Source: a virus
Lineage: Duplodnaviria; Caudoviricetes
DNA: 61,849 nucleotides
Reading direction: 5' to 3' (one strand)
IMG/VR virus record: IMGVR_UViG_3300037367_000013
Span: 1 to 61,849 of that record
The position numbers were made by a program, and so were the translations under genes. Each line of letters begins with the position of its first letter. The stretch's first letter is position 1. The notes beneath the pieces were generated by a model. That model had not been told where the DNA came from, did no database searches, and worked only from the letters and a program-made list of their open reading frames with translations. Positions 46,797 through 58,220 of the stretch are shown in pieces.

Positions 46797-47011
46797 TTGT
46801 TCCTGAACGACGTATTAGAATTTTCCTGGCATCGTTCTTTTACAAGCATCGACCCGCGCGACATTGCATCAGCGACGGCGAAGCGACTACGCGGATCGTC
46901 TTGTATGTCATTGACCACCACGGATAGGCTGCCGTCCCATTCCTCACAGACGGTCACGGTATAAATCACCGGAGGACGTTTGGTGGCGAGGCTAATGATT
47001 TTATCGGTCAT
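46793..47011 (-). CDS. Hypothetical protein
   Basis: Coupled ORF. Confidence 0.5.
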   Translation of the reverse strand: MTDKIISLATKRPPVIYTVTVCEEWDGSLSVVVNDIQDDPRSRFAVADAMSRGSMLVKERCQENSNTSFRNK

Positions 47012-47017
47012 GTGATA

Positions 47018-47185
47018 TTAGTTTTGCGTTTTGGTTTTGCGGTTTGGTTTTGGCAGCTTTTTCTTCCTCCAAGTTTTCCCATTGTCATTGCTGCTATAAA
47101 CGTAACCGCCCATTATGCAGACTTCCTTTTCCCGGTTTTTGGATACAACCGAAATCGGCCATTCACGCAGTTTTGGTTTATTCAT
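47018..47185 (-). CDS. Small basic gene separated from its RBS by the IS
   Basis: Its ATG lies in the duplicated target; a GGGG RBS is left at the far side of the IS (~48998-49001). Confidence 0.5.
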   Translation of the reverse strand: MNKPKLREWPISVVSKNREKEVCIMGGYVYSSNDNGKTWRKKKLPKPNRKTKTQN

Positions 47186-47302
47186 TTCATGCTTATCCGG
47201 TTGCGTCCCACGCATACCTCCCGCTGTACCTATGCAATCTATCCGGTTGTCTCCCACAACGCCCCGTGCCATATTGAAGGCATAGGCAGATAGGAGATAC
47301 CG

Positions 47303-47659
47303 ATGTTCCGACCCGACCAAATCGACCAAGCATGGGCCACTTTGAAGATCGAAGTCGTCCATGCGCCATGGACTGGCAGCATCAAGCCTTGGGAACTTTA
47401 CGGCGTGTTTACCTTCCCGCACCGCAGCCGGGTTCATTGGGGGAGCTTCAAGACCGAAGCCGCCGCTAACAAGAAGGCCGAGGCACTGCGCAAGAAATAC
47501 CCCCAAGCCGCAGCGGGCCAAACCGAAGCCGTGTTTGAACAGGGCTATGACATCGACCGCGCCTATGCCGAGGCCGACCTTCACGCCGCCGGAAGCGATG
47601 CTTGGCACTACTGGATGGACGAAGCCAAGCGCCTCGAAAAACTGCATCGGGAGGGCTAA
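47303..47659 (+). CDS. IS passenger protein 1
   Basis: AGGAG RBS; inside the IRs. Confidence 0.7.
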   Translation: MFRPDQIDQAWATLKIEVVHAPWTGSIKPWELYGVFTFPHRSRVHWGSFKTEAAANKKAEALRKKYPQAAAGQTEAVFEQGYDIDRAYAEADLHAAGSDAWHYWMDEAKRLEKLHREG

Positions 47660-47662
47660 GTC

Positions 47663-47926
47663 ATGGGCAAGCCCTTCTATTGCACGGCCGCCAGCCTTGG
47701 CGACGGCAACCGCTACTGCACTTGTTGCGAACGCGACTTGAGCGGCCATGCGGTGAGAATGCTGGAATTGGACCAGCGGACCTACACCTATCATGACCTT
47801 GGCGGCGTTCCTGCCGACAGGTCGCAGGGATGGTTCCCGTTCGGCCTCAAGTGCGCCAAGCGCAAAATTGCCGAACACGCGCTCAAGGTTAGCGACGAAA
47901 TTCAACTTGCGAAGCAGGGGGCGTAA
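47663..47926 (+). CDS. IS passenger protein 2 (Cys-containing)
   Basis: CTCCER...SQGWFPFG..CA; inside the IRs. Confidence 0.7.
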   Translation: MGKPFYCTAASLGDGNRYCTCCERDLSGHAVRMLELDQRTYTYHDLGGVPADRSQGWFPFGLKCAKRKIAEHALKVSDEIQLAKQGA

Positions 47927-48976
47927 ATGTCCCCCGCCATCCCCGACGTTCACAAATGGGAAAACCTGCCCTTCCCGCGCTCGTTGCCGCAGTTCCAAAA
48001 GCTGTTCCCGAACAACGAGGCGTGCGCCCGTTACCTTGAAGGCGCACGCTGGCCCAAGGGCTTTGAATGCTCGCATTGCCACGAAAAGGCCGAGCCGTTC
48101 CGCTTTGAAGCCCGGCCCGGCGTGCTCCGCTGCCGGAAATGCCGCAAGGATACGTCCCTGACCGCCGACACTGTTATGGAGCGCACGCATACGCCCCTGA
48201 CAACGTGGTTTTGGGCGGCTTACCTCATGTCCAGTTTTACGGACGGGTTTTCCGCCGTTCAATTCCAACGCCAGCTTGGCCTTAGCCGGTACGAGACGGC
48301 CTACCAGATTATGCACAAGCTCCGCGCTGGCATGGTCCGCAAGGATCGCGACCCTATTGGCGGTAACTTGGCGCGCGGCGATCACGTCGAGGTTGACGAA
48401 ACCTACATCGGCGGGGCGACACGCGGCGAAGGCAAAGGCCCACATGCCGACGACAAGAGCATCGTGGTTGCCGCCGTCGAGGTTCGCCAGCGGCCCGCCA
48501 AGAAAGGCGATAGGCCGACCCGGCGCGGCGGTCGATACGCTGGCCGACTCCGCATTGAGGTAGTGCCCGACCGCACCGCCAAGGCTCTGTGCGGCTTTGT
48601 GGAGGCCGCTGTCCAGCCGGGAGCAATCGTCATCACCGATGCTGCCCCGAGTTATCACGGCCTCGAAAAGCTCGGCTACGCCCACTTGCCGGTCGTCGAA
48701 GCCAACGACCCGAAGATCGCCGAAGAATACCTGCCGATCATTCACCTTGTTTTTAGCAACCTCAAAAGCTGGCTGCGCGGGTGCCATCACGGCGTCAGTC
48801 CGCAGCACCTTCAAGCCTACCTGAACGAATATGCCTTCCGCTTTAACCGCCGCTTCTACCCGTTCAACGCCTTCCGCTCTTTGCTCGGCATCGGCGCGAA
48901 CGGCGAAAGCCCGACCTATGACGGGCTTTATAGCGGCGAGTGGAAACACCCTACTGTTAGCAGTCATGGGAGCTAA
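47927..48976 (+). CDS. IS1595-family DDE transposase
   Basis: RWP.GF.C..C zinc ribbon, VEVDETYIGG, ITD, HHGVS..HLQ.YLNE..FRFNRR. Confidence 0.95.
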   Translation: MSPAIPDVHKWENLPFPRSLPQFQKLFPNNEACARYLEGARWPKGFECSHCHEKAEPFRFEARPGVLRCRKCRKDTSLTADTVMERTHTPLTTWFWAAYLMSSFTDGFSAVQFQRQLGLSRYETAYQIMHKLRAGMVRKDRDPIGGNLARGDHVEVDETYIGGATRGEGKGPHADDKSIVVAAVEVRQRPAKKGDRPTRRGGRYAGRLRIEVVPDRTAKALCGFVEAAVQPGAIVITDAAPSYHGLEKLGYAHLPVVEANDPKIAEEYLPIIHLVFSNLKSWLRGCHHGVSPQHLQAYLNEYAFRFNRRFYPFNAFRSLLGIGANGESPTYDGLYSGEWKHPTVSSHGS

Positions 48977-49000
48977 CCGGATAAGCATTCATTTCGTCCC

Positions 49001-51580
49001 CTATTGTGATGTTAGCGAGATTGCTGTAAGCGCACCTACGCACGCCGAAAGAGTTTCCAACCAAACGTGCTTTTGCCATAGGAGAATGCCCTGACCGATC
49101 ATCAGGCCAGTGCCGAGCCCCATTACATAGATTCCAAGTCGCTGCATCTTGGTTTGATCTTCGGTCAGTTTTTCGTTTGGCATATGTTATCACTTTTCTA
49201 CTGATTAGTAACAGATTTGAGTTCAGCAGGTTCTTTAGGCCCGAAATCCTCGCGTGTACCTTCGGCTCCGTCGTGCATGTAGCTCTCAAAGAAAACCGTT
49301 GCCGACCAAATCATCGGAGCCACACCTTCATCGCTGCGCTCATTGCGCCCGGACATGAGAAGGGCGGCCATCTTGCAAGCTTGCCAGCGAATCCAGAAGT
49401 ATTTGATGCCCTTAAACATGGTTCACTTTCGACACGTTATTGCGTGATTTCGCCGTTGGTGATCCGACCGTGCCAGTGGCCTTCGATTTTTACACTCGGA
49501 TTAAGCGTCAACGTCTCGAATGTGTCGCCGCTTCGGGTATGCCAGTCAGCGTCTGGCTGCGGGAATTTGGCCGCATAGCCCTTCGGGTCAATAGGCGGTT
49601 TGAAGCTGACCGCGATCCGGTTGCTGCAATGAGGGCATAGAAACGAAACCCCAGTATAGAAAGGCGTCCAAGTAACTTTTCCCGTCCACAACGGCTCCGG
49701 TTCGACAAAGTTGAGCGGGTAAACCCAATGTGGTGATCGTTCTGTTAGGCGCATGATGGCCCCTCAATCCATCGGCATCGGCGTTCCGTGCGGCCATCCG
49801 GTCGCCCAGAAGATCGGCCACGCGGCGGCGCGGGCGAGCGCCAGTCCAGGCGTGACCATTTGCAAGAACACGATGTGGAAAGCGAACACCGCGACAAAGC
49901 CAGTCGCGTAGATCGCGCACAAGGTCGCAAGAATCGTCGTTCTCATGACGTGAACGCTGCCCGGAAAGCGATGCCGATTGCCTCTGACGAAACGCGGCTG
50001 TCTTTCGCTTTTTCGATTAGGTCGAGCAGATCGTTATAATAATTGCATGCCGCGCAGATGTCCTTAGCGCGCATTCCCGCCAACATTCCTGCCGTTGGAT
50101 CATCTTCGTGTCGGATGATGCCCGGACGCTGCGGATCGATAAACATCTTCGGCAGTTTTTCGCTCATGATTTTGTCTCCTACCTGACGCATAGTGGACCG
50201 CCTTGCAGGACTATCCGACGCTTTGCCCTGCAAGGCATCCGGTACCACTTTGCGGCTCGTAAACCCAGGTCTAGGCTCGTCGGCGCAAAGCTCATATCTC
50301 AATCGCCGCCCTAACACGAATTTTCATTACGGATGCTCAACGCGCGGCGTCTTGAAGAACAAAGCGAATGCGGGGCCACGCTACGGCCAGCGCGTATTGC
50401 ATGAACTGAGCATGTTCCGGTGATCCTGCAGGATGGATTTTTTCGGCGCGGCACAAACTTTCAAGCAAGCGCCCGGCTTCCGCTTTCCCAATGTCGCTCA
50501 TTTTCCTACCTCCTGTTTAGCGTGGAACGATCTTGAAGCCGCGTTCCTCAATCTCCGCGACCAGCCCGTTGCCAAAATCCTCAAGCATCTGCCGCTCAAA
50601 CTCAGTTGGCGTATAGTCGGGATCGCGAAGCTCATATTCGGCGCTGTACTCATGAACAATCGAGCCCACACGCTCGATGGTGTGTCGCCGTATCTTTATG
50701 GGCATTCGCTCGATCACCTTCGACCATCGCCCGAAAAAACTCTCGGCCATCATTGTCTCCCCATTAAAGACCGCCCGGCGCTCGGGTCGGCTTCTTTTCG
50801 GTCATCGCGGCTTTTTTCTCATTCCACTCCCGGCGCTGAACGATCTCCACCAACGCGGTGTCGAACTCGCCGCGGTGTGCTTCGATTAAGCCGCTTATGA
50901 CCGTCAATTCGTCCCGAAGCAGACACCCGCGATCTTCGCGGCCGTGCGAGTAATAGTGATTGCCGCGCTCCCATTCGATCTCGCGCTGCATCGCCAACCG
51001 CGGATCATCCTGCCACCGTCCCCACCGCCGGGCCGTGTCGGCGCAGGTCATGCAGGTCAGCATTGCCATCCGCTGCCGGCCAAGGTCCTTCTCGCGCTTG
51101 AAAAACTCGTCTCGCGTGAGCGTCTTGACCTTCGAGGCATCATAGCCGCATTCGGTGATGGCCGGATCATTCGGTGATCGCCACGGCAGGCGCGGGCGGA
51201 GAATGTGATCGACGGGTTCTTTCATAGGTAGCGCCCCAAAAACCCTAGCGCGAAAAGGAACGCTGCCCCTATAGCAATGCAAATCGCAAGCGAGCGTTCA
51301 CAGGTGCATGGCTCGTGGGGCCAATAACATTTGAGCGGATGGCGCACGGTTTTGTCCTATTGCCGCGAATTAAATTCGATGTTGCTCATTTTACTCCCGC
51401 GCGCATTCGCGATTTCTTGATGGCAACACACACAAACATTGGCACAATAAATATCTGGAACAGCATCATGAAGGGGAGCGCCACGATTGGACCGTCCATC
51501 ACCAGCATAACGCCCGCGACGATCATCGTGCCAATGCACAAAACTGTTGACCCGTAGAACAGCGCGTCCAGAATTTTCAT
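49001..51580 (-). other. Cluster of small leftward accessory genes (49001-49183, 49198-49419, 49437-49754 DUF6527-like, 49764-49946, 49943-50167, 50517-50753, 50764-51225, 51386-51580)
   Basis: Tightly packed minus-strand ORFs; three are two-TM peptides; 49437-49754 has FLCP.C...LTL.PSV...HWHG.ITNG. Confidence 0.55.
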
Positions 51581-51610
51581 GTCGTTTGACCCTATTGCCG
51601 CGTTAGAGGA

Positions 51611-52165
51611 CTAAGCGGCGTGCGCCGCTTTGCCCTTCCATTCCTCATCCTTTTCAATCGTCTTTTTGAACAGAAGATTTCCGGCGACGTGGAAGATGAT
51701 GATGCCCTCCGGTTTCATGAAACCGGGCGCGGCAGCGCTACCTTCCTCCTTGAGCCTCTTAAGGACCTTGAGGCCGAGCGCAGGCGCGTCGAATAGATCG
51801 CGGGCCAGCACTGGCACCACATGACAACAGGCTGGGCGCAGAGCGTCGTCGGCCCATTTAGACACGTTGAACAACGACCACCGCTTTTCGGTCAGGCTGT
51901 AATTACGTTGGATGCCTTGGCCCCACCATTCGCCGTAGTGCCGACCGGGACCGAGCTTCATCAGTTCGGTTTTGTTGCCTTCGACCCATTTGGCGAAGCC
52001 GTAGTTATCCTCAGCCGGCGTGATCCAGCGCGATTTGCTGCCGGCAAATACGTCGCCGTCCTCGGTAATCATGACCACGCCGTTCGTGCCGTCGATCTTC
52101 TCGGTGACGACGCACTCCCGCGCAAGCCGGGGGATTTTCTTGAACTCGATAAATTCAGGCACCAT
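51611..52165 (-). CDS. RNA ligase (Rnl2-like adenylyltransferase domain)
   Basis: Motif I TEKIDGTN, motif III YGEW, LFN, motif IV PEGII, motif V FKK; AGGAG RBS. Confidence 0.85.
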   Translation of the reverse strand: MVPEFIEFKKIPRLARECVVTEKIDGTNGVVMITEDGDVFAGSKSRWITPAEDNYGFAKWVEGNKTELMKLGPGRHYGEWWGQGIQRNYSLTEKRWSLFNVSKWADDALRPACCHVVPVLARDLFDAPALGLKVLKRLKEEGSAAAPGFMKPEGIIIFHVAGNLLFKKTIEKDEEWKGKAAHAA

Positions 52166-52430
52166 TTCTTATCTCCTAACGGCGTTAGCGCCAAACAATT
52201 ACGCCGACATTCGCTAAGATGGCGAGGGCACAGATCGCTATCGCAATCCAGTTTATCAGGTGTGGCATCGTTCTCTCCTGTGTTTACTGTTGACGGCGTA
52301 TCAGTGAACTACCTCTTTTTGGGCGCATTCGGGACAGGTCCCTTCACCGAAACGAGGCGGAATATCAGCCCCGCAATGTCGGCAGAAATCGCTTCCACCG
52401 TCTGGCGTACCCCATTGCTTGGCCATCGCC

Positions 52431-54766
52431 CTAGCAATCCCCGGTAACGATCTCAACTTTGACGGCCCTTGGCACGCGCCAGCAGTGTGGCTCACGCCGT
52501 AAGTCAGGCCGTTCGCGAATGTAGCCATATTCTTTGTCGATAAACTCGCGGCATTCCCGCCGTGTCGTGAACACAGTTGGAAACTTGATCCCAAGATGGC
52601 GATGCCAAATAGACAGATACTCGCGGTGTCCGTCGAGTTCGTTGGTCTGCGACCATTTTGGTGCCCACAAAGTCATCGTTATTTCATCATTACAGAACTG
52701 GCCAAAGATGTTTGACGCCAGCTTCTATCGCTGCCCGGATGCGCAAGCGATGCTTGTCGCGCTTCGTGATCCGAACATCGAAATTCGACACGGTGTTCAT
52801 GCTGGCCTCCAACATCTCCTTTGTCGGGTCCATCGGCACCAGGAAATAGCAATTATCGCGTAGGACACGCACAAGCGTTTTGGCGCTGATTTGCGCGCCA
52901 GCCTGCATCAATACCCAATCCAACGAACCAAGCAGCGGGCGGCGCTGCGTAGGCTGGCGCGCGCCATCCCAAATCTCCTTGACCAGTTGGCGAATGCGCC
53001 GGGGGTCCTTAACACCAGCAAGTAGGCAGGCGGTCACAATCGGCTCGCCAAACTCAAAGACGCACTCGCGCACGGCAGGGCTATAGTTCTCAAGCCGCTC
53101 GAAAGATCGAACGGTCTTTTCCGACACCTTGTCGTCGGCGCGCGTCCTATCAGATCGGTTTGCCTGCGTTTCCATCACTAACCATTCAGTCACCGAGCAA
53201 CTATCGGACGACCAAGCATCCGCTCGTGATCGGCCCGGTGCTTTTCTGCGGCCTCACGAAAACGCCGCTGCATATCTGGCTTCGCATCGCTATCTAGTCC
53301 GGCGAGGACGGCGCGCTGTGCGAGTCCAACAATGACCCTCATATCGTCGTCCACGAAGGTACAATTGAACCCAAGCCCTTCCTCGGCCCAGCGGCGGCAG
53401 TTCGTGACAGCACCGTGCGCCAAATCGGCATAGCGGTTTCTCATTATGCGTTCGCGGCGGCTCATCTGCTGTCCCCTAATGGTCAAGCTGCTCTGTGGTC
53501 ATCGGTCCCAAATCGGATGTGGCGCTATTTCGTCGAATGTCTTTGCTATCTCCACATCCTCTAGGATTCGGTCGCGCAGCCATGCGTTGCGAGATTTGAA
53601 GCCGTCCCTTGTGATTAGGCGCTCCATTTCGACGACTTCCTCTGGCGTCATTCGACATGACACGATGATCTTTCCGTCCGGTCCCATTTCCCATCACTGA
53701 CCATTCAGAATTTTATCATCAAAGCGGCGTTTCGGGAGATAGAGCCCTTCCGACTTTATTGCCGAGGGTTTTTTCCAGTCGCTTGCTCCAACCGAGCGGC
53801 TTCAACTCTGGTCCTGGCGCTCGTCCTACTCTTTTCCATTCTGGAAATCTCTCGATCCTTGCCGCTGCCTTTAGGGCCTCGCTGCGTTTCTTGTAGCTGT
53901 AGCGCCACGATCTGATCGTTAATCCGGATACTCGATGGGACAGAATAAAATCGCCGTAAAGCTCCCCGTCCGTGCCGATCTGTCGGTGAACGACAATTGG
54001 CGAGTTGCGCGTGTTCGCCCACGCTTCCGTGAGTCTGTCTCCGTAGGTCCGGCAATTAGCCCTAAAATCCTTGATCTTCACGGGCATCGTTTAGTCCCCT
54101 AACCATTCAAGAACGCGAAGGCCTTATCATCGAGCACCAAACTGGGATTGCTTCGTAGCATCCGTTCGGCCCCAATAATTCCTTCCGCGATTTCAGTTTG
54201 TCGCCTAGAAATAACTTGATGGCATGTTCGCGAGTGTCAGCAATGCTGCCATGGACAATGCCGCCGTGTTTTTCTTTGAGGCGAACGACCCACATTCGTT
54301 CTGAATTGACCATCATGGCTTTTCCTCATCAACTCGCCGAATCGGAGGCTCGCTGAACCCGCACTTGCAGACAAAGCCGTCCCATGAGTCTCGGCCGCCC
54401 TTACGCCAGCCACAGGCTTTGCAGTAAGGATGGACAACGTTCGGCGTTTCGTTACTGGCGGCGATCTGCATTTTGTTCCTTAACCCGTTAAAAAATTACA
54501 GAGTTAGCGGCCAAGGCGATGCGGCCCGTTTCGGATATCGACACGATTTTGTCGGCCCATTCGCCAGTGCGAGTCTCAATTAACTTTGCGAGCGCGAGAC
54601 TGTTGTAGGTCTGCGCCGGCATTTGCTTCGGCCAAGAGCCATGCGGCTTGCCGCCCCACCACGGCGAGCACCACGGCTCTTTGGATAGCCATTTAAGGGC
54701 CTCTATCTGCTTCGGGCGTAGCTTGATGTGCCGGGCATGAACTTTTTGCAAACCTTCACCCATCAC
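52431..54766 (-). other. Cluster of leftward hypothetical genes (52431-52676, 52690-53193, 53190-53486, 53499-53687, 53719-54087, 54107-54316, 54488-54766)
   Basis: Co-oriented packed ORFs; 53499-53687 looks ribbon-helix-helix-like. Confidence 0.55.
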
Positions 54767-55731
54767 ACGGCCTTTCTTGCATCAGCCCGCAGTTTCATCA
54801 CTTCGGCGATCTTGTCCGTCGCCCCACGCGAGTACCGCGCCGTAGTAGCCACGTCCGAATGGGTAGCCGCGTGCCGGACTAGCTCTAGGCTCACCCCTGC
54901 GTCCGTAGCCTCAGAAATTGCCCCCGCGCGGGTGTCCATGTTGCGGATGTCGTCGGGGATTCCGCACTGGCGGGCCAGGGAGCGCCACAGACGGCGGAAA
55001 TCCCAAGCGTTGTACGGGAGGCCGGTTTCCTCGGAGACGATCAGCGGGCCGCTCTGTGGCAACTGGGCACGTTCTACGATCAAGTGATCGAACCTCAATT
55101 CCTCCATAAGCATGGGAGCCAAGGCCAGGTTAACCTCGATTTCCTTGAGCCGTTTTGACGTAACGTGCCGAAGGACCATGTTTTCGTCTATTTCCTCCCA
55201 CCGGATACCACGGAGCCACTTAAAGCCGTTATCGGTAACGTTGGAGTCGCCCGGTTCGGACAGCGGAACCCACTCGCCAATGCAGTCCTTTTGCCTCAGC
55301 ATCAGGTCAAATTGAAGCGCCTGCGCCGTAGCGATAGACCCCCGGCCAGTCCGGCGGGCCTCCCTGCGGATGGTGACAACCTGATCGGCCGTCATGCGCG
55401 TAACTCTAGGCTTACCCATCTGGAACCGCATGGCGTGTAGCCTGGTAGAGAGGCGCACACAGTCGTCGTCCTCTAGGACCACGTTTCCGTAGTTGCACAG
55501 GATTCTCAGCATCCCGATCAAAGCGTGGGACATTGGGATACCGCGTAGCATCCAGGCTTGATGCGTCAGGATTAGGTCGCGGGTTTTGATCTCGCCGATT
55601 TCCTTGTCGCCAAGGTCGGCCTCAATGCGCTTGCAGAGACAGTCGTAATGCTCGCGGGTTTTGTAACGGCACTTGCCGTAGGTGCTGGCCGCGTCGGTGC
55701 GGTAGGATTGGATTAGCTCACTGACTTTCAC
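54763..55731 (-). CDS. Tyrosine recombinase/integrase-like protein
   Basis: LMLRQKD (R), TSK (K), MDTRAGAISEA (box II R), ATHS....T.RY (H, Y). Confidence 0.8.
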   Translation of the reverse strand: MKVSELIQSYRTDAASTYGKCRYKTREHYDCLCKRIEADLGDKEIGEIKTRDLILTHQAWMLRGIPMSHALIGMLRILCNYGNVVLEDDDCVRLSTRLHAMRFQMGKPRVTRMTADQVVTIRREARRTGRGSIATAQALQFDLMLRQKDCIGEWVPLSEPGDSNVTDNGFKWLRGIRWEEIDENMVLRHVTSKRLKEIEVNLALAPMLMEELRFDHLIVERAQLPQSGPLIVSEETGLPYNAWDFRRLWRSLARQCGIPDDIRNMDTRAGAISEATDAGVSLELVRHAATHSDVATTARYSRGATDKIAEVMKLRADARKAV

Positions 55732-55925
55732 GACTTTACCTTTCGGTAGGTTACTTCGGACTCAATGCCAAGAGCATCACATATCGCTGGACCAGGATCG
55801 CGACGTCTATTGAGAACGTCGCTGACGTAGGCGGGAGAAAGTTTGTTTGTTTTTGCCCACGCCGCTGCGCTTCCGATAGCGGCACAAGCTTGACGCAATC
55901 TAAGCCGCACATCATCAGCGTTCAT
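55728..55925 (-). CDS. Small XRE-like HTH protein
   Basis: WA....LSPAYVSDVL..RRDPG..I..ALG. Confidence 0.7.
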   Translation of the reverse strand: MNADDVRLRLRQACAAIGSAAAWAKTNKLSPAYVSDVLNRRRDPGPAICDALGIESEVTYRKVKS

Positions 55926-55966
55926 TTTTACCAAACCGAATCCGTCGCAATTGGTCTTTCGGTGCG

Positions 55967-57057
55967 TTAAAGATTTGGCCGTCCAACAAGTGTCTCTGGC
56001 CATACGAGCGCATCAGCGCGTCCGGTAAATACGAGCCATGTTGCGCGCCACCGTTGCGTAACTGAATAAAGTGGCTCTGCCCTCGCCGGAACGTATCGGC
56101 CATTAGGCAACTGTGTTTCGTTGGCCCCGGCCATCTTGAGCCATTCATGCGACACATAGCAAATTCCGGGCAGCCTCATCGGCGTTATCCTTTAGATGGT
56201 GTGAACCTGAGTGCCGTCCTCGAAGATCGCCACGAAGAAACCTTTGGAAGCCTCGACCACGCGATAGTCGGTGTCGGGATCGTCGGAGAGTAAGGACACA
56301 GCCAACTCGTCGGCCTTCACCTTAGAGGGGAAGAAAGTGATGATTTGGTGATTGATGGTGGTGTGCATGTCCAAGCTCCCTTGTCTCTGAAATCGACAAT
56401 ACGCTAATCCGCGAATATGTCTAATCACGAATTGTTACAGCCAACGGAGCCGCGCGTTTTTCGTACATTGCCTGCTCATAGCGCCTTTGATCCGCAAGCA
56501 TCCGATCTAGCAATTTTTCAGCCGGTCGCGGCGTTAGGAAGAACTTGCTGACGCGCCGCCAACGATCCGGCCATGGTAATCGCTCAAAGACCGCCCACTG
56601 GCGCGTACTGCCCCAAAATTCCTCCGAGTGGACATAGAATTTTTCCATTGGTCCTGACGGTCCTAATTTTCTCGCCGTTCTGCGGTTTCTTTTCCGTGTT
56701 TGAACCCCTCTCGGTATGCGGCGAGCTTAATTCTATCTTCATTTTCAAAATACTCCTGCAATATGCGCAGATGTGGCTTCCCTTCTGCATCGCAAAAAGT
56801 CAAAATACCACTCGGCTTAATCACGATTGCCTCGCTGGCGGATTTGGGGACCACGTATAACCGGGACGACCAGCCTTAAACTGTGGAAGCGTTTTGACGT
56901 AATCCATCCACAATCCACGGTCGCCTATGAATTGATCGCGGCTCTCCAAACAGAATGTCAAGTGCGCAACCTCGGCGCGTAGTTCCTCAATCCGTTGGAG
57001 GGCTACGGTTAACGCATTAACGGTATCGGGCGGCTTATCAAAGATTGTCTTTTTCAC
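55967..57057 (-). other. Small leftward hypothetical genes (55967-56179, 56192-56368, 56421-56648, 56821-57057)
   Basis: Packed minus-strand ORFs with RBS-like motifs. Confidence 0.5.
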
Positions 57058-57069
57058 ACTGACGCTCCT

Positions 57070-57648
57070 TTAGCGACAATGCCGGCGAATGTAGTGCTCG
57101 CCCCAACATCCTTGCCAGTCGGCGCGCCGCCCATACTTTCGTTTTAGCCTCGTCATGCCGTCAAGATTGTCGGCGCACAGATCGTCCCAAATGTCGTGCC
57201 ATACCGCTCCGTATCGGACGCCCTTCGGCGGCTGATAGCTAAAGGCGTCAGCACAGATGATCTCCACTCGGCTGTCGGCTTGGTAATGAGGGCCAGCGAG
57301 CGCAATTACGTCAGTCTCCTTCTCAATAACCGTCACGCGGTCCACGCCATCGCGTTTGAGTACCGCCGCAAGTACCATCCCAATACCGAGGCCGTTTAGT
57401 AGAACATGGCTGCGCGCTTGGAGTACGATAGAATAATGGTCGCGCATTTCGTCCGGCGTGTCGCTCATAATGAGGCCACGGCGCGTGTGCTTTAGGGCTG
57501 TATAGGTGCCTGGACTTGCCGCGCCGCGACCGTGCTGCATTGCGCGAATGCGACCCATCATAGCGTCGTGTTCGGTTATCTCGAACCGCTCAATAATCCA
57601 ATCTCCGCGTTTCCCCGGCGGAACGGTGACTTGCTCGATAATGCTCAT
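57070..57648 (-). CDS. SAM-dependent methyltransferase / spermidine-synthase-like protein
   Basis: VLLNGLGIG motif I, VTVIE, ADAF, WHDIW. Confidence 0.75.
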   Translation of the reverse strand: MSIIEQVTVPPGKRGDWIIERFEITEHDAMMGRIRAMQHGRGAASPGTYTALKHTRRGLIMSDTPDEMRDHYSIVLQARSHVLLNGLGIGMVLAAVLKRDGVDRVTVIEKETDVIALAGPHYQADSRVEIICADAFSYQPPKGVRYGAVWHDIWDDLCADNLDGMTRLKRKYGRRADWQGCWGEHYIRRHCR

Positions 57649-57673
57649 GGTTTTCCCTCGCATTTTGCAGACG

Positions 57674-58045
57674 TTAACGCGCAACGACAGTACCATCCAT
57701 CTTGCGCTTGAATTTTCCATCGCGGTTTGTGGCGAAGCTGGACCTGCGTTTAATGCCAAGATGTTTTGCGCGGCGCTTATACGTTTTTGATTTGATCGCA
57801 ACATCGCAAGCTGTCTTTTGTGGATGATGCTCAGTCAGGAACGGCCGCAGATTGGATTCGCGGCGCTGGCCCCCATTGATGATTGCGATTTCATCTTCGC
57901 AATCCCATCGCTCGCCAACCATGATTTTGCGTGAACAACCGCATTGGCAGCGGCCTTGATATTTGTCGAAGATGCGGACGCGCACGCGCGGCGGAATCGC
58001 GCTATCGTCTGTTTTGCCAATCCATTCTTCGACGGAGCGCGTCAT
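57674..58045 (-). CDS. HNH endonuclease-like protein (degenerate motif)
   Basis: R.RIF.KY.GRCQC.C...INGG..RESNL...H..KT..D. Confidence 0.7.
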   Translation of the reverse strand: MTRSVEEWIGKTDDSAIPPRVRVRIFDKYQGRCQCGCSRKIMVGERWDCEDEIAIINGGQRRESNLRPFLTEHHPQKTACDVAIKSKTYKRRAKHLGIKRRSSFATNRDGKFKRKMDGTVVAR

Positions 58046-58220
58046 GGCGCGTCACCGTCAGGATAATATTTCCATAGGCATTGAGCATCGATACGCTCAA
58101 AACATTTTGGAAAGCGCCCAATGAAATCTGCCAGCCAAGGATGCTCCGCAAGTTGAACATCAAAAATAACTTGGTGATTGTCCCATTGTTTGAACGGAAC
58201 GGCGATGTTTTCAAAGGCAC

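Larger units (their letters stand above)
47189..48988 (+). mobile_element. IS1595-family element carrying two passenger genes
   Basis: Terminal IRs ATGCTTATCCGGTTgcgTCCCA / TGGGAgctAACCGGATAAGCAT; flanking duplication TCATTTC (7-9 bp depending on the end call). Confidence 0.9.

Noticed and set aside
47018-48988. 656-aa minus-strand ORF spanning the IS
   Set aside because: It is the codon-aligned antisense shadow of three same-frame GC-rich genes. Only the last 55 aa correspond to a plausible real gene.
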